Source: Convolutriloba macropyga (Eukaryota). From it: a DNA stretch of 64,000 nt. The stretch spans positions 3,782,001 through 3,846,000 of the forward strand of contig NC_134471.1 in the NCBI RefSeq assembly GCF_964194025.1, given 5' to 3'. The translations under genes were made by a program, and so were the position numbers. Shown piece after piece: positions 24,601 to 38,678 of this stretch (position 1 is its first letter; every line of letters begins with the position of its first letter). The notes under the pieces are model-generated. The model was not told the origin of the DNA, made no database searches, and worked only from the letters and a program-made list of their open reading frames with translations.

Positions 24601-27600
24601 GGAGAAAATCGAAACATGATGAGCAGTTGCCTTGGGCCTGCTTCTTTTGAAGGGGCGTTTAATCAAACACAAAAATCCCGCGGGATGACAAATGAGGAAG
24701 TTGAGAGCCGAAACGCCAATTGATGGACGATGAACTTGATGGAGCAGAAATAATTGAGAGAAATGAGACGCTAGACGTAGGGAAAATGAAACAAAGAGAT
24801 GAAGACAACAGTCGAAATTTTTTGAGGTTTCCCTACATCCCGATGCTATGGGTTAAACCTAATGACGCGCAGGGAAGCATGGGCCGAAGAGTTAGAATGT
24901 TGGTTCAAGAAAGGCGATCATTACAGGCGTTGTTTTTGTTGTGCAGAAGGCTCCTCGATTCTTCAAGTTGTTGTAGTTCCAGTGGTGGCCAGGAGGGAAA
25001 TCTCGGAGCAGTTACATGCATCGTCAGTCGTTATTGGACATTTCGTGGTAGAAAAGACAGTGAGCTAGATCCGTCGAAGAGTCTGGGGGCAGAAAATGAG
25101 ACAGGTCGTAGAAAAGAAGCAAGCTTGATGTCTACGTGACCGCGTAGGGCAGCAGCCGATGAAATAGAACATCTTTGGCTAACGCCATTCAAATTAAGAA
25201 TACGATTGTACGTGGTAGCGGCAGATATGACGGGCCAGTAACAATCGCCAAATTTACGCGAGCCATTGACAAAGTATTTATAGTCGACTTATCTGTTCAT
25301 TGTGACTTTGAAAAGTACCGAAGCATCAAACAAAGTTAAAAAATAGTGGAGAAATGGGTTCCGTTTTTTTGCTGTACCCGGCGAGCTTCAGACGGATCAG
25401 GGAAAGTTCTTGGGTGTGCATTCATGCTGGAAGTTAACAAACAGTTGAAAGTTGATAAACATCGAACCGCAACATATCATCCCTGAGGCGATGCTCATGT
25501 GGAAAGCATAAAATGGTTTTTGCTGATTCTATGTTTAAGTACAATTGAGATTAGCAGCGAAGATCTTCAAATTTTTACCCTTCTTAAACTTCAATTACAA
25601 AACTACAAAACTACAAAACTGAAGTTTTGGTGGACACGGTCTTTCAAAAACACGATTAAACTTCACCATTGCTCATTTTGTAGAATCGGAAAAAAAATTC
25701 GATATCGTGGATTTTCAGATGCAGTGGAAAAGCAGGAGAATTTTTCAAGATCATCAACAATCCACCTCGGAATGAACGAAATCAATGAAAAGTGTGACGT
25801 TTTACAATTAGATGTGTTCAAAACAGAAATGGTCCTGGGGCTGAGAGATCTACAGAAACACAACTGTGTAATTGGTTTACGGACTAACCAGTTGTGGACA
25901 ACTCCAATTATGTCAGCTATTGCATCCTTGAGCAGTCTGAAGTGGTAGGTGACGGCACAGAACGCCAACTTAAAATAAGTTTCAGAAGCCAAAAGGAAGG
26001 AAATTGCTACTCAGATCCGTGAATATTTATGTAAAAAAACAGATCACGCAAAGATTATAGTGGCTTCTAGGAGAACCTACGGCGATTAAAGCCAGAATTA
26101 ATACATAATTGGATTCAACATCGGCTAGAAAAAGGAGACACCATCCGAAGGTACTGAGAGTAGGATTCATGAAATTTGGCTCACAAGCTCAGTGATGAAT
26201 AAAGAAGACAAACCGGAGATGTGATTGTTACCTCCAGCTTCATCACAACTCAGTTCATCCCAATTGGAGCCCAGGCAGATTTTGGGTGTGGGCTCCACAG
26301 AGGTAAGAAGAAATAAGCGTGTAGCAATAAGCGTGTAGGAGTATAGGCTCGTCAACAAATAGAGGGACGTGATCGTCTTGGTACGCTCCGAGTTGGGATG
26401 AACCGATGTAAGCGAGCACAGAAAAAATTGTGTGATAGCAAATCAACCAAATTTCACCACATAGAGTCTCACCGGCTAGAAGAAAGATCAATTAAGAAAA
26501 ATGGAGAAATCAGTTAGAAAGTGGAGTGATACCGCTAGTTAGAAGACCGTACAGTGCCTCAATTGTACCGCAGAGGAAGAAAAACAGGATTTGGAGGTTC
26601 TGCGTAGATTATAGATAACAAAATTATGTCAGATAGAAGGATCCCAATCCTATGCCTAACCAACCCAATCGATTGATTCACTGCGAAGAATATTATTCCT
26701 TTCCTCCGATGATATTGCAACTAGAACATGGCTGGTACCAGTAGCCGCTGAGCATAGAAACAATTTCTTTAGACACCGTAGGGAGGCTTGTTTGAATAAA
26801 TAAAGATTCATTTTGGTCTATGCAACGCACTAGCAGCCTTTCAACGACTCATGAACAAGTTATTCCTGAAGACTTTTTTCCAAACCAACCTCATCATACT
26901 AATCGATGTTCTCAAGTATATCAGGACAGAGGAATACCATTTGAAGAGGAACACATAAAATCACTTGAAGCCGAAGAATTGCATGTTCTTTTCAGAGACA
27001 AGTTGTGTTTATAGGACATTTCAACAATTTGAAAAGAACATCACCCTATACCGAGAAGAACTAAAACATTTCATAACGATCCTTTCCCAAAACAGAGAGT
27101 GTCGCCTGCTGCTTCATTGTTCTGATCCCGCGGGATGACAAATGAGGAAGTTAAGAGCCGAAACGCCAATTGATGGACGATGAACTTGATGGAGCAGAAA
27201 TAAATGAGAGAAATGAGACGCTAGACGTAAAGAAAATGAAACAAAGAGATGAAGACAACAGTCGAAATTTTTTGAGGTTTCCCTACATCCCGATGCTATG
27301 GGTTAAACCTAATGACGCGCAGGGAAGCATGGGCCGAAGAGTTAGAATGTTGGTTCAAGAAAGGCGATCATTACAGGCGTTGTTTTTGTTGTGCAGAAGG
27401 CCCCTCGATTCTTCAAGTTGTTGTAGTTCCAGTGGTGGCCAGGAGGGAAATCTGGGAGCAGTTACATGCATCGTCAGTCGTTATTGGACATTTCGTGGTA
27501 GAAAAGACAGTGAGCTAGATCCGTCGAAGAGTCTGGGGGCAGAAAATGAGACAGGTCGTAGAAAAGAAGCAATTTTGATGTCTACGTGACCGCGTAGGGC

Positions 27601-30600
27601 AGCAGCCGATGAAATAGAACATCTTTGGCTAACGCCATTCAAATTAGGAATACGATTGTACGTGGTAGCGGCAGATATGACGGGCCAGTAACAATCGCCA
27701 AATTTACGCGAGCCATTGACAAAGTATTTATAGTCGACTTATCTGTTCAATGTGACTTTGAAAAGTACCGAAGCATCAAACAAAGTTAAAAAATAGTGGA
27801 GAAATGGGTTCCGTTTTTTTGCTGTACCCGGCGAGCTTCAGACGGATCAGGGAAATTTCTTGGGTGTGCATTCATGCTGGAAGTTAACAAACAGTTGAAA
27901 GTTGATAAACATCGAACCGCAACATATCATCCCTGAGGCGATGCTCATGTGGAAAGCATAAAATGGTTTTTGCTGATTCTATGTTTAAGTACAATTGAGA
28001 TTAGCAGCGAAGATCTTCAAATTTTTACCCTTCTTAAACTTCAATTACAAAACTACAAAACTACAAAACTGAAGTTTTGGTGGACACGGTCTTTCAAAAA
28101 CACGATTAAACTTCACCATTGCTCATTTTGGAGAATTGGAAAACAAATTCGATATCGTGGATTTTCAGATGCAGTGGAAAAGCAGGAGAATTTTTCAAGA
28201 TCATCAACAATCCACCTCGGAATGAACGAAATCAATGAAAAGTGTGACGTTTTACAATTAGATGTGTTCAAAACAGAAATGGTCCTGGGGCTGAGAGATC
28301 TACAGAAGCAAAACTGTGTAATTGGTTTACGGACTAACCAGTTGTGGACAACTCCAATTATGTCAGCTATTGCATCCTTGAGCAGTCTGAAGTGGTAGGT
28401 GACGGCACAGAACGCCAACTTAAAATAAGTTTCAGAAGCCAAAAGGAAGGAAATTGCTACTCAGATCCGTGAATATTTATGTAAAAAAACAGATCACGCA
28501 AAGATTATAGTGGCTTCTAGGAGAACCTACGGCGATTAAAGCCAGAATTAATATATAATTGGATTCAACATCGGCTAGAAAAAGGAGACACCATCCGAAG
28601 GTACTGAGAGTAGGATTCATGAAATTTGGCTCTCAAGCTCAGTGATGAATAAAGAAGACAAACCGGAGATGTGATTGTTACCTCCAGCTTCATCACAACT
28701 CAGTTCATCCAAATTGGAGCCCAGGCAGATTTTGGGTGTGGGCTCCACAGAGGTAAGAAGAAATAAGCGTGTAGCAATAAGCGTGTAGGAGTATAGGCTC
28801 GTCAACAAATAGAGGGACGTGATCGTCTTGGTACGCTCCGAGTTGGGATGAACCGATGTAAGCGAGCACAGAAAAAATTGTGTGATAGCAAATCAACCAA
28901 ATTTCACCACATAGAGTCTCACCGGCTAGAAGAAAGATCAATTAAGAAAAATGGAGAAATCGGTTAGAAAGTGGAGTGATACCGCTAGTTAGAAGACCGT
29001 ACAGTGCCTCAATTGTACCGCAGAGGAAGAAAAACAGGATTTGGAGGTTCTGCGTAGATTATAGATAAAAAAATTATGTCAGATAGAAGGATCCCAATCC
29101 TATGCCTAACCAATCCCAATCGATTGATTCACTGCGAAGAATATTATTCCTTTCCTCCGATGATATTGCAACTAGAACATGGCTGGTACCAGTAGCCGCT
29201 GAGCATAGAAACAATTTCTTTAGACACCGTAGGGAGGCTTGTTTGAATAAATAAAGATTCATTTTGGTCTATGCAACGCACTAGCAGCCTTTCAACGACT
29301 CATGAACAAGTTCTTCCTGAAGACATTTTTCCAAACCAACCTCATCATACTAATCGATGTTCTCAAGTATATCAGGACAGAGGAATACCATTTGAAGAGG
29401 AACACATAAAATCACTTGAAGCCGAAGAATTGCATGTTCTTTTCAGAGAGAAGTTGTGTTTATAGGACATTTCAACAATTTGAATAGAACATCACCCTAT
29501 ACCGAGAAGAACTAAAACATTTCATAACGATCCTTTCCCAAAACAGAGAGTGTCGCCTGCTGCTTCATTGTTCTGATCAATTACAAACGGAAAATCATCA
29601 AGAACTCTGCAAGCATTTCACAACCCTCCAAGATTTGACCAAAAGATATAAGCATCTTAGTGGACAACAACCCAAGAAGATTCGATTGGCAGATTGAAAC
29701 AAGAAGATGTGACTGCTCCCATTCTCCATTATCAAGTCTGCATGTGCTCCTTCATTGTAAATAATGATGCTAGTATATTAAATATTGAAGTAGTACATTG
29801 CAAGGAAGTTAACGCAGTGGATCGGCCCTAGACTACTCCTCACGGGTCATGTTCCGGAAAAAGATGATGTACGCGACTAAAAAAAAGTTCCGGCTGTAGT
29901 TAATGAGTTAAAGTGGTTCAGGCCATTTCTATTGGGTGTCCCAAAATGTCTTGAGAAAAGACCATGCCAGTTTACGACGGATGTTTTAATAGGATGCCCA
30001 TAAGATGATATTTTGGATGACTAAAGTCTTCGGGAATTTGAAGTCGGCATCCTTCCGGAGCAGTAAATCAAGACGGCCACGCCGATCGTCCATCAAGAAG
30101 AACCTCATATAAACCAGACTGGGGGCCTGGAGAAAATCGAAACTTAATGAGCAGTTGCCTTGAGCCTGCTTTTTTCGAAGGGGCGTTCACGAAAATCCCG
30201 CGGGATGACAAATGAGGAAGTTGAAGCCGAAACGCCAATTGATGGACGATGAAATTGGTGGAGAAGAAATAAACGAGAAAAATGAGACGCTAGACGGAGG
30301 GAAAATGCAACAAAGGGATGAAGTTAACAGTAGAAGTTTTTTGAGGTTTCCCTACATCCCGATTCTTTGGGTTAAACTTAATGACGCGCAGGATGCAGTA
30401 CAACATGGGCCGAGAATTTAGAATGTTGGTTCAAGAAATGCGATCATTAAAGGCGTTGATTTTGTTGTGCAGAAGGCCCCTCGATACTTCAAGTTTCTAG
30501 TCCCAGTGGTGGTCAGGAGGGAAATCCTGGAGCAGTTGCACGCATCTTTACTCACGATTGGACAATTCGTGGTAGAAAAGACAGTGAGATAGATCCGTCG

Positions 30601-33600
30601 AAGAATCTGGGGGCAGAAAATGAGACAGGTCGTAGAAAGGAAGCAAGCTTGATGTCTGCGTGATTGCGTAGGGCAAAAGCCGATGAAATACAACACCGTT
30701 GGCTAACGCCATTCAAATTAGGAATACGATTGTACGCGGTAGCGGCAGATATAACGGGCCAGTAAATGGGGTTCTGTTTTTTGCTGGCAAGCTTCAGACG
30801 GATCAGGGAAAGTTCTTGGGAGTGCATTGATGCTGGTAGTTAATAAACTGTTGGAAGTTAACAAACTGTTGAGAATTGATAAACATTGAACAGCAACATG
30901 TCATCCCTGAGGCGATGCCCAAGTGGAAAGCATAAAAAATGCTTATGCTGTTATGTTTAAGTACAATTAGTATGAACAGCGAAGATCTTCAAATTTTTGA
31001 CCATCTTAAGCTTCAACTACAAAACTACAAAACTTTAAAACTGAAGTTTTGGTGGACACGGTCTTTCAAAAACACGATTAAACTCCATCATTGATCATTT
31101 TGGAGAATCGGAAAACAAATTCGATATCGTGGATTTTCGGATGCAGTGGACAAGCGGAAGAATTTTTCAGGATCATCAACAATCCACCTCGGAATGAACG
31201 AAATCAATGAAAAGTGTGACGTTTTATAATTAGATGTGTTCAAAACAGAAATGGTCCTGGGGCTGAGAGATCTACAGAAACACAACTGTGTAATTGGTTT
31301 ACGGACTAACCAGTTGTGGACAGATCCAATTATGTCAGCTATTGTATCCTTGAGCAGTCTGAAGCGGTAGGTGACGGCACAGAACGCCAACTTAAAATAA
31401 GTTTCAGAAGCCAAAAGGAAGGAAATTGCTAATCAGATCCGTGAATATTTATGTAAAAAGCAGATCACGCAAAGGTTATAGTGGCTTCTAGGAGCATCTA
31501 CGGCGATGAAAGCCAGAATTAAGATATAATTGGATTCAACATCGGCTAGGAACAAGAGACACCATCCGAAGGTACGGAGAGTAGGATTCATGAAATTTGA
31601 CTCTCAAGCTCAGTGATGAATATATTAGACAAACAGGAGATCCGATTGTAACATCAGCTTCATCACAACTAAGTTCATTCCAATTGGAGCCTAGGCAGAT
31701 TTTGGGAAATTAAATTTTAGAAGCCAAAAGGAAGGAAATTGTTAATCAGATCCGTGAATAATTATGTAAAAATCAGATCACGCAAAGGTTATAGGGGCTT
31801 CTGGGAGCATCTACGGCGATGAAAGCCAGAATTAGGATATATTTGGATTCAACATCGGCTATGAACAGAAGACACCATCCGAAGGTACGGAGAGTAGGAT
31901 TCATTAAATTTGGCTCTCAAGCTCGGTGTTGAATGCATAAGACAAACCGGAGATTTGATTGTAACCTCAGATTCATCACAACTCAGTTCATCCCAATTGG
32001 AGCCCAGGCAGATTTTGGGTGTGGGCTCCACAGAGGTAAGAGAAAATAAGCGTGTAGCAGTACTGGGGATCCTCAGCAAATAGAGGGACGTGATCGCCTT
32101 GGTACACTCTGAGCTGGGATGGACCGATGTAAGCGTGCACAGAAAAAATTGTGTGATAGCAAATCAACCAAAGTTCACCACATAGAGTCTCACCGGCTAG
32201 AAGAAACATCAATTAAGAAAAACGGAGAAATCGGTTAGAAAGTGGAGTGATAGCGCTATTTAGAAGACCATACAGTGCCCCAATTGTACCGCAGAGGAAA
32301 AAAGACAGGATGTGCAGGATCTGCGTAGATTATAGATAACAAAATTATGTCAGAGAAAAGGATCCCAATCCTATGCCTAACCAATCCCAAGCGATTGATT
32401 CACTGCGAAGAATAATATTCCTTTCCACCGATGATATTGCAACTGGAACATGGCTGGTACCAGTAGCCGCTGAGCATAGAAACAATTTCCCTAGACACCA
32501 TAGGGAGGCTTGTTTGAATAAATAAAGATTCAATTTGGTCTATACAACGCACTAGCAGCCTTTCAACGACTCATGAACGAGTTGTGAAACAAGAAGATGT
32601 GACTGCTCCCATTCTCCATTACCAAGTCTGCATGTGCTCCTTCATTGTAAATAATGATGGTAATATTTTAAACATTGAAGTAGTACATTGCAACGAAGTT
32701 AACGCAGTGGATTGGACCTAGACTACTCCTCACGACTCATGTTTCGGAAAAAGATGATGTACGCGACTAAAAAAAGTGTTCAGGCGGTAGTTAATGAGTT
32801 AAAGTGGCACAGGCCAATTCTATTGGGTGTCCCAAAATGTCTTGAGAAAAGACCATGCCAGTTTACGACGGATGTTTTAATAGGATGCCGATAAGATGAT
32901 ATTTTGGATGACTCAAATCTTCGGGAATTTGAAGTCGGCATCTATCCGGAGCAGTAAGTCAAAACGGCCACGCTGATGTTCAATCAAGAAGAACCTCATA
33001 TAAACCAGACGGGGGGCCAGGAGAAAATCGAAACTTAATGAGCAGTTGCCTTGGGCCTGCTGTTTTCGACGGGGCGTTCACGAAAATCCCGCGGGATGAC
33101 AAATGAGGAAGTTGAAGCCGAAACGCCAGTTGATGGACGATGAAATTGATGGAAAAGAAATAAACGAGAAAAATGAGACGCTAGACGGAGGGAAAATGCA
33201 ACAAAGGGATGAAGTTGGTTTCATGGGATGCTATGGGTTAAACCTAATGACGCGCAGGGAAGCATGGGCCGAAGAGTTAGAATGTTGGTTCAAGAAGTGC
33301 GATCATTACAGGCGTTGATTTTGTTGTGCAGAAGGCCCCTCGATACTTCAAGTGTCTAGTTCCAGTGGGGGCCAGGAGGGAAATCCTGGAGCAGTTGCAC
33401 GCATCTTTACTCACGATTGGACATTTCGTGGTAGAAAAGACAGTGAGATAGATCCGTCGAAGAATCTGAGGGCAGAAAATGAGACAGGTCGTAGAAAGGA
33501 AGCAAGCTTGATGTCTGCGTGATTGCGTAGGGCAAAAGCCGATGAAATACAACACCGTTGGCTAACGCCATTCAAATTAGGAATACGATTGTACGCGGTA

Positions 33601-34690
33601 GCGGCAGATATAACGGGCCAGTAAATGGGGTTCTGTTTTTTGCTGGCAAGCTTCAGACGGATCAGGGAAAGTTCTTGGGAGTGCATTGATGCTGGAAGTT
33701 AACAAACTGTTGGAAGTTAACAAACTGTTGAGAATTGATAAACATTGAACCGCAACATATCATCCCTGAGGCGATGCCCAAGTGGAAAGCATAAAAAATG
33801 CTTATGCTGTTATGTTTAAGTACAATTGGTATGAACAGCGAAGATCTTCAAATTTTTGACCATCTTAAGCTTCAACTACAAAACTACAAAACTATAAAAT
33901 TGAAGTTTTGCTGGACACGGTCTTTCAAAAACACGATTGAACTCCATCATTCGACTACAAAACTACATTCCACAGGACAATGCAGGCAACCCCATAGAGC
34001 CTGGCCCATGGACAGTAAAACCTGTACCCCGTAATTTTATTTGACGGAACGCCATGGCAAAGAACTGGAATGCTTCAGCTTTGCAGAAGATCTCTCACTT
34101 TTTCTTAGAGAATCCTGCGTCAGCTCAAGAATCGATAACGGTTAAACCAGCGCCAACAAAGACCAGTACCACATGAATTTTTATGGAAAACCATAAGACA
34201 AGAAAGACAGAGTTTGTGTTTCTACTCGAAGCAAAACCTGAGTCCGGGAAATTCTTTCTCCCATGGTAAAGCCCCTAAGTAGTCTTAGAGAGAACCTCAG
34301 AAATCAAATACAAAGTAGCAAACCAGCAAAACTTTGAATCACAAAATTCGCTCAAGTCTTTCTTGGGTTAATGTGATGCATGGGACTCGACGCAGATGTG
34401 GAGGACTGAAGATTTTTGGTCTGAAATTTATCTGGACACACCAGGGTTTAATCAGGATAAGTTGGGTGAAAGAGGTACCCGAGTCATGGCTGCCACCACA
34501 TCAGAGTGCTGGGGTGAAACGCGTTTAGCAGAGGAGAAGACCTTGGGAACTAATTGCTGACAATGTCTTGAAACTGGGTAGATTTTTTTCTTGAAGACGC
34601 GGCACCGGAGACGGAATGGAATCACACACCAGTGTAGGCCCTAACGAAGCTCAACAAACAGGAAATACCAGCAGATGGTCCGCAATCATC
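21640..34690 (+). mobile_element. Decayed Ty3/Gypsy LTR retrotransposon internal region, gag-pol tandemly amplified
   Basis: Remnant motifs: RFCVDYR and WLVPVAAEHR (RT), GHADGPSR (RNase H end), VVPVVARREISEQLH..GHFVVEKT (integrase Zn region), TDQG and YHP*GDAHVE (integrase core), and a GPY/F-like stretch at ~34250-34320. LTRs not found; ends approximate. Confidence 0.88.
22700..33950 (+). repeat. Four tandem gag-pol-derived units of ~2.45-2.97 kb, including a near-identical 2450-bp pair (~24677-27126 and ~27127-29577)
   Basis: Marker ggtctttcaaaaacacgatt at 22712, 25638, 28088, 31060 and 33919. ORF pairs are offset by 2450 (24720/27170, 25499/27949). An extra internal duplication lies at ~31405-31708 / ~31720-32010. 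Confidence 0.95.
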
Positions 34691-37600
34691 TTCCTTGATC
34701 AGATAACCTTTGTTTTGTTGTTGTTGTTGTTATATTGAATTCCCAGTTGGCCTGGAGGGGGCAATATCCCCCGCTGTCTGTTCAGAAATTTGTCCAGTTG
34801 TTTCTGCAACACCCACAGTCGCAGCATAGCTGCCACGTGCAGACGTTGTTTTCGGATAACCGATTTTCCACGTGCCACCACATAAGATTGATGATTCTGT
34901 TCTTTAGTCCAACTTCGCAAATAAAGTCGACTTTCTCATGAATTCTGTTCACTACTCAGCAGTTCTGTAGACAAATTCAGTCATTCTTCGTTCAGTTTGT
35001 GTATTATTTAACTTCAGCGCTACTTGCCCTCTTCTGTTCCATGATTGAATGGGTATTGATTTTGTGCTCCTCAATGTCCTTGTAAGGTTTTGAAAGGAGC
35101 AGAAGATCATTCAATTGGATGAAGAGGGGTAGTGGTAGGACATTCAGTAGTCTCAACTGAGCTTTGTAGCCACTACGTGGGGGTCCACACACCCATTTCA
35201 GTACCCGCCTTTGAAGATTTTTGAGCTTCCGTTGATCTGTTCTAGATTGATACGCGCAATTCAGCCCGTAGAGCAAAACGGGTAGTATGACTGATTTGTA
35301 TAGGCCTAGTTTCACTGAGATTTTGAAATTGAAGGCAACGTTTCTCCTCATGCAGTAGAATACTTTATTTACTTCCGCGATTCGATGCTCGATGTGCGTA
35401 CTCCAAATTAACGTGTCCGCAATGTAGACTCCCAGGTCTTTCACTTTCCCAGGCTCCCCTAGCGGTTGTCCGTTTAATGATAGACATGCGCGTGTCCCTC
35501 GAAAGTTCAGTAAATGGCATTCGTGGACTGCTAGTTTCATTTTATTTGATTTACCCTTTTCCCAATTCTCTTTATATCAGTTTGGACTTCTTCGTTTGAT
35601 TTACCGATAGCTAGGATTTTTAGGTCGTCCGCAAAAATGAAAGTTTGGCTGAAAGTTAGAACATCGGTAAGATCGTTTATAAAGATGCAAAAGAGTAAAG
35701 GCCCCAGTAGGGAGCCTTGTGGTACAACGCTGGTCACCTGTAGTTCTCACGATGTGTGATCTTCAATTCTTACGTAATGTTTTCGCTGGCTTCGGTAGTC
35801 GTATAGGATGTCTAGAAAACGTCCACCTACGCCGATGTCACATAGTTTGGAGATGAGCAGTTCGTAGGGCACTGTGTCAAATGCTTTGGAAAAGTCACTG
35901 TAATATGCAAGGACTTGAGCAATTGGATCATTGTCCATGGCGACATATATTTCATTCAAGAATTGCAGAAGATTGCTCATCACCGATCTTTTCCTGACAA
36001 AAAGGTGTTGATTCTTCGACAGAAAGTTTTTGAAGTGTTTGTATAGCGATACGTGCATGCACTTTTCGAAGATCTTGCTTTCAAACCAATGGAGAGATAT
36101 GGGTCGGTAGTTTTCAACGAGTTTCGGATTGTCCTTTTTTTACACTGGTACTATGGCCACTGTCTTCCAAAACAAGGGTAGTTTCCTGATACGTTTGAAA
36201 TTTTTGAACATGGTTTTTAACGTTCTACACACTTTTTTCTTTGTTGCTTTGAAGAAGATTGGCGGTAGATTGTTGGGGCCCCGGGAATTCCTGATGTCAA
36301 GCTCGCCCAAAAATTTTCGATTAATGCAACGGAGACTTTGAAGTTCTGGAGTTTGGCTTTCTGGTTTTGGTATCTGTTGACAGTGAACGGTGCTTTTGTT
36401 GCGAACACAGAGTGGAAAATTAGTTGAACAGTTCCGCTTTGCTCTGGGTTGTGCTTTTATATTCTACAGTCTTTGGTATTCGAGGTGTTTGTTTATGTAT
36501 TTCAAATGTCGAAAGATTTCACTGGTGTTTCTAGTGCCGAACACTTTTTCATGATAAGCGATGCGATCGGCTTCCCAATTTTTGAGCACTTCCGCTTCAA
36601 GGGCACGCACTTTGTTCTTCCTGTAGATAGTGGGGCGGGTAGCTAGCATGATCCGTTGGGTATTCAGCCTTTTCATTTGATTTGAAGTGGCAGCGGCTAT
36701 CCAGGGGGTAAGGTTTTGTCGAAACCGAGTTCTTCTTGGAACATGGTTCGGTTGTCGATTAGTGTCATGGAGTAATCCTGGAATTCGTTGTACATGTTAA
36801 TTGCATTTGAGAAGCATAGAAATTGGAAAGGGTTCGATGACATGTCGCACAGCATAGGGTCACAGTCTGCTTTGGTGAAACTGTAATAACGTTCTTTAGT
36901 CCGTTGTTCTTGTTGGTAATCAATTTCTAAGGACGAAAATACAGGAAGATGATCAATACTGTCGTAGAGGGCCTTGAAACTGTTGTCAATTTGGGAGAAT
37001 ACCTAGCAGTTTTGGTAGAGCAGTACATCAAGCATAACTTTACCGCAAGTTGGGAAGTCAATAGCCTGTCTGAGGAGACGCTCTTCGAGGATGTTTAGGA
37101 CATCCGGTTCCACTTTGTCGGTGCTCCAATAAGCTTTCCAGTTCGTTGAAGGAAAATTTGGATCGCCACATATAACCTCTTTCCGGTTTTTGGGAATGGC
37201 CTATAGTATATGATGGTAACAGTCAACATCATACCTGTACTGGATGTTCGGCGGTGGATTGTAAAAAGAGCAGATATGTATCTCTTCGCTGATCAACCTG
37301 ATTTTGCATATTATACAACACTCAACATCCACCTTAATGTTCTCAGAGCCTAAATAGTTTTCACTGCAATCAAGGATTCGCCGTGCAGGTTGATGTTACG
37401 ATGTTCTCTTTCTGACCAGTATATAGAATAGTCGTTTAGTAGTAGTTAGGAGTCTGGAATGCCTTGGTTTAGCCAAGTCTCGCGGATGCATATAACGTTG
37501 TACGACCCAAAGTTTATAGCGTTTGACATTTTGAAACGTCTTTGGCAATCCACGAGACTGCGGGCGTTAAACTGCAGGATCTGGAGATGAGATAGTGGTA

Positions 37601-38678
37601 CCTCTATTCCGTCGTTGTATTTCGTGAAGTTCCTTATCTTCAGTTTATCCCTTTCAACGCCTTGTTCAATGAGTTCCTTACGCTTTTTAAGACAGATATT
37701 TTTATTGCAGGAATCCTTAATTGAGAGGGTTCGCGAGACAAACACGTTCAAGTCTTTCAGTTCTTGTTGTCGTTGCAAACTTTTGACCCTGACAAGTTTG
37801 ACGGCAGTGGCACTAGGCAAAGTGACAAGAACAGCACGTGGTTTGGGTCGTTCCTTCTGGAGTTTTCCCAGCCACCTGAGGTTGACAATCTCAGCTTCCA
37901 TTCCTAAGGTTTTCAAAATGTGGCTTACATGTTCATATGTTGGGACAAAAATCTGGTCGCGAGTTTTGTATGGATCTTCTGGGATCCCTTGTACTCTAAA
38001 ACTCATTTCAATGTTGTGGGGAAACTTATGTTGCGCTCTTTTGGGGTTTTTGACATAGTCACTTTTTTGTTGTCCTCTACTTTGTTGACTACGCTGGCAT
38101 AACTTTCTTCCACTATTTCGTGTGTTTTCGTCATCGCTTCGTTGATCTTCTCTTCCACTAAATCAGTTACTTTTGCTTCGATGTTTTCCATTTTTGCTGT
38201 CACCTTGAGTTGGCCGATGTTATCATTTACTTGCATCACAAGTCGGTTTCGGATGAAAGCATCTTGTTCGTTGTTGTTCACGCAAGCAGTGCAGAGCAGC
38301 ATGGCATTTTGTCCAAACTCTTTGGTTCCGATAGATGCTACTGGCGATAGCCCCGTGCAGGCTGGATCAAGATCTAGATGACAATTGCATGCCACGCAAT
38401 TGAAGGTCTGATCGCGGTTTGGAATGTTTTTCTTGTAAATTCAACAAGAACGAGTCATTTTGACTAGAACTAGTTGCCTGGAAAGTTGCTGGAGAGAGTG
38501 TCAGTCACCTTTGGCCCAGTATTTAAACGGCGCCTTTGGTAAACAGAAAGGACAGAGAAGGATAGACTTATCAGACAACTTATCAGATAGGCCAATTGGT
38601 TTCCTAGATATTTCCGCTCCCCTTGGCCCAGTAATTAAACGGCACCGTAGGAAGCAAAAATTACTAAGAAACCTGTAC

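Noticed and set aside
24720-33686. Repeated 60-150 aa ORFs as a tandem host gene family
   Set aside because: They are frameshifted or antisense pieces of the amplified Gypsy gag-pol.
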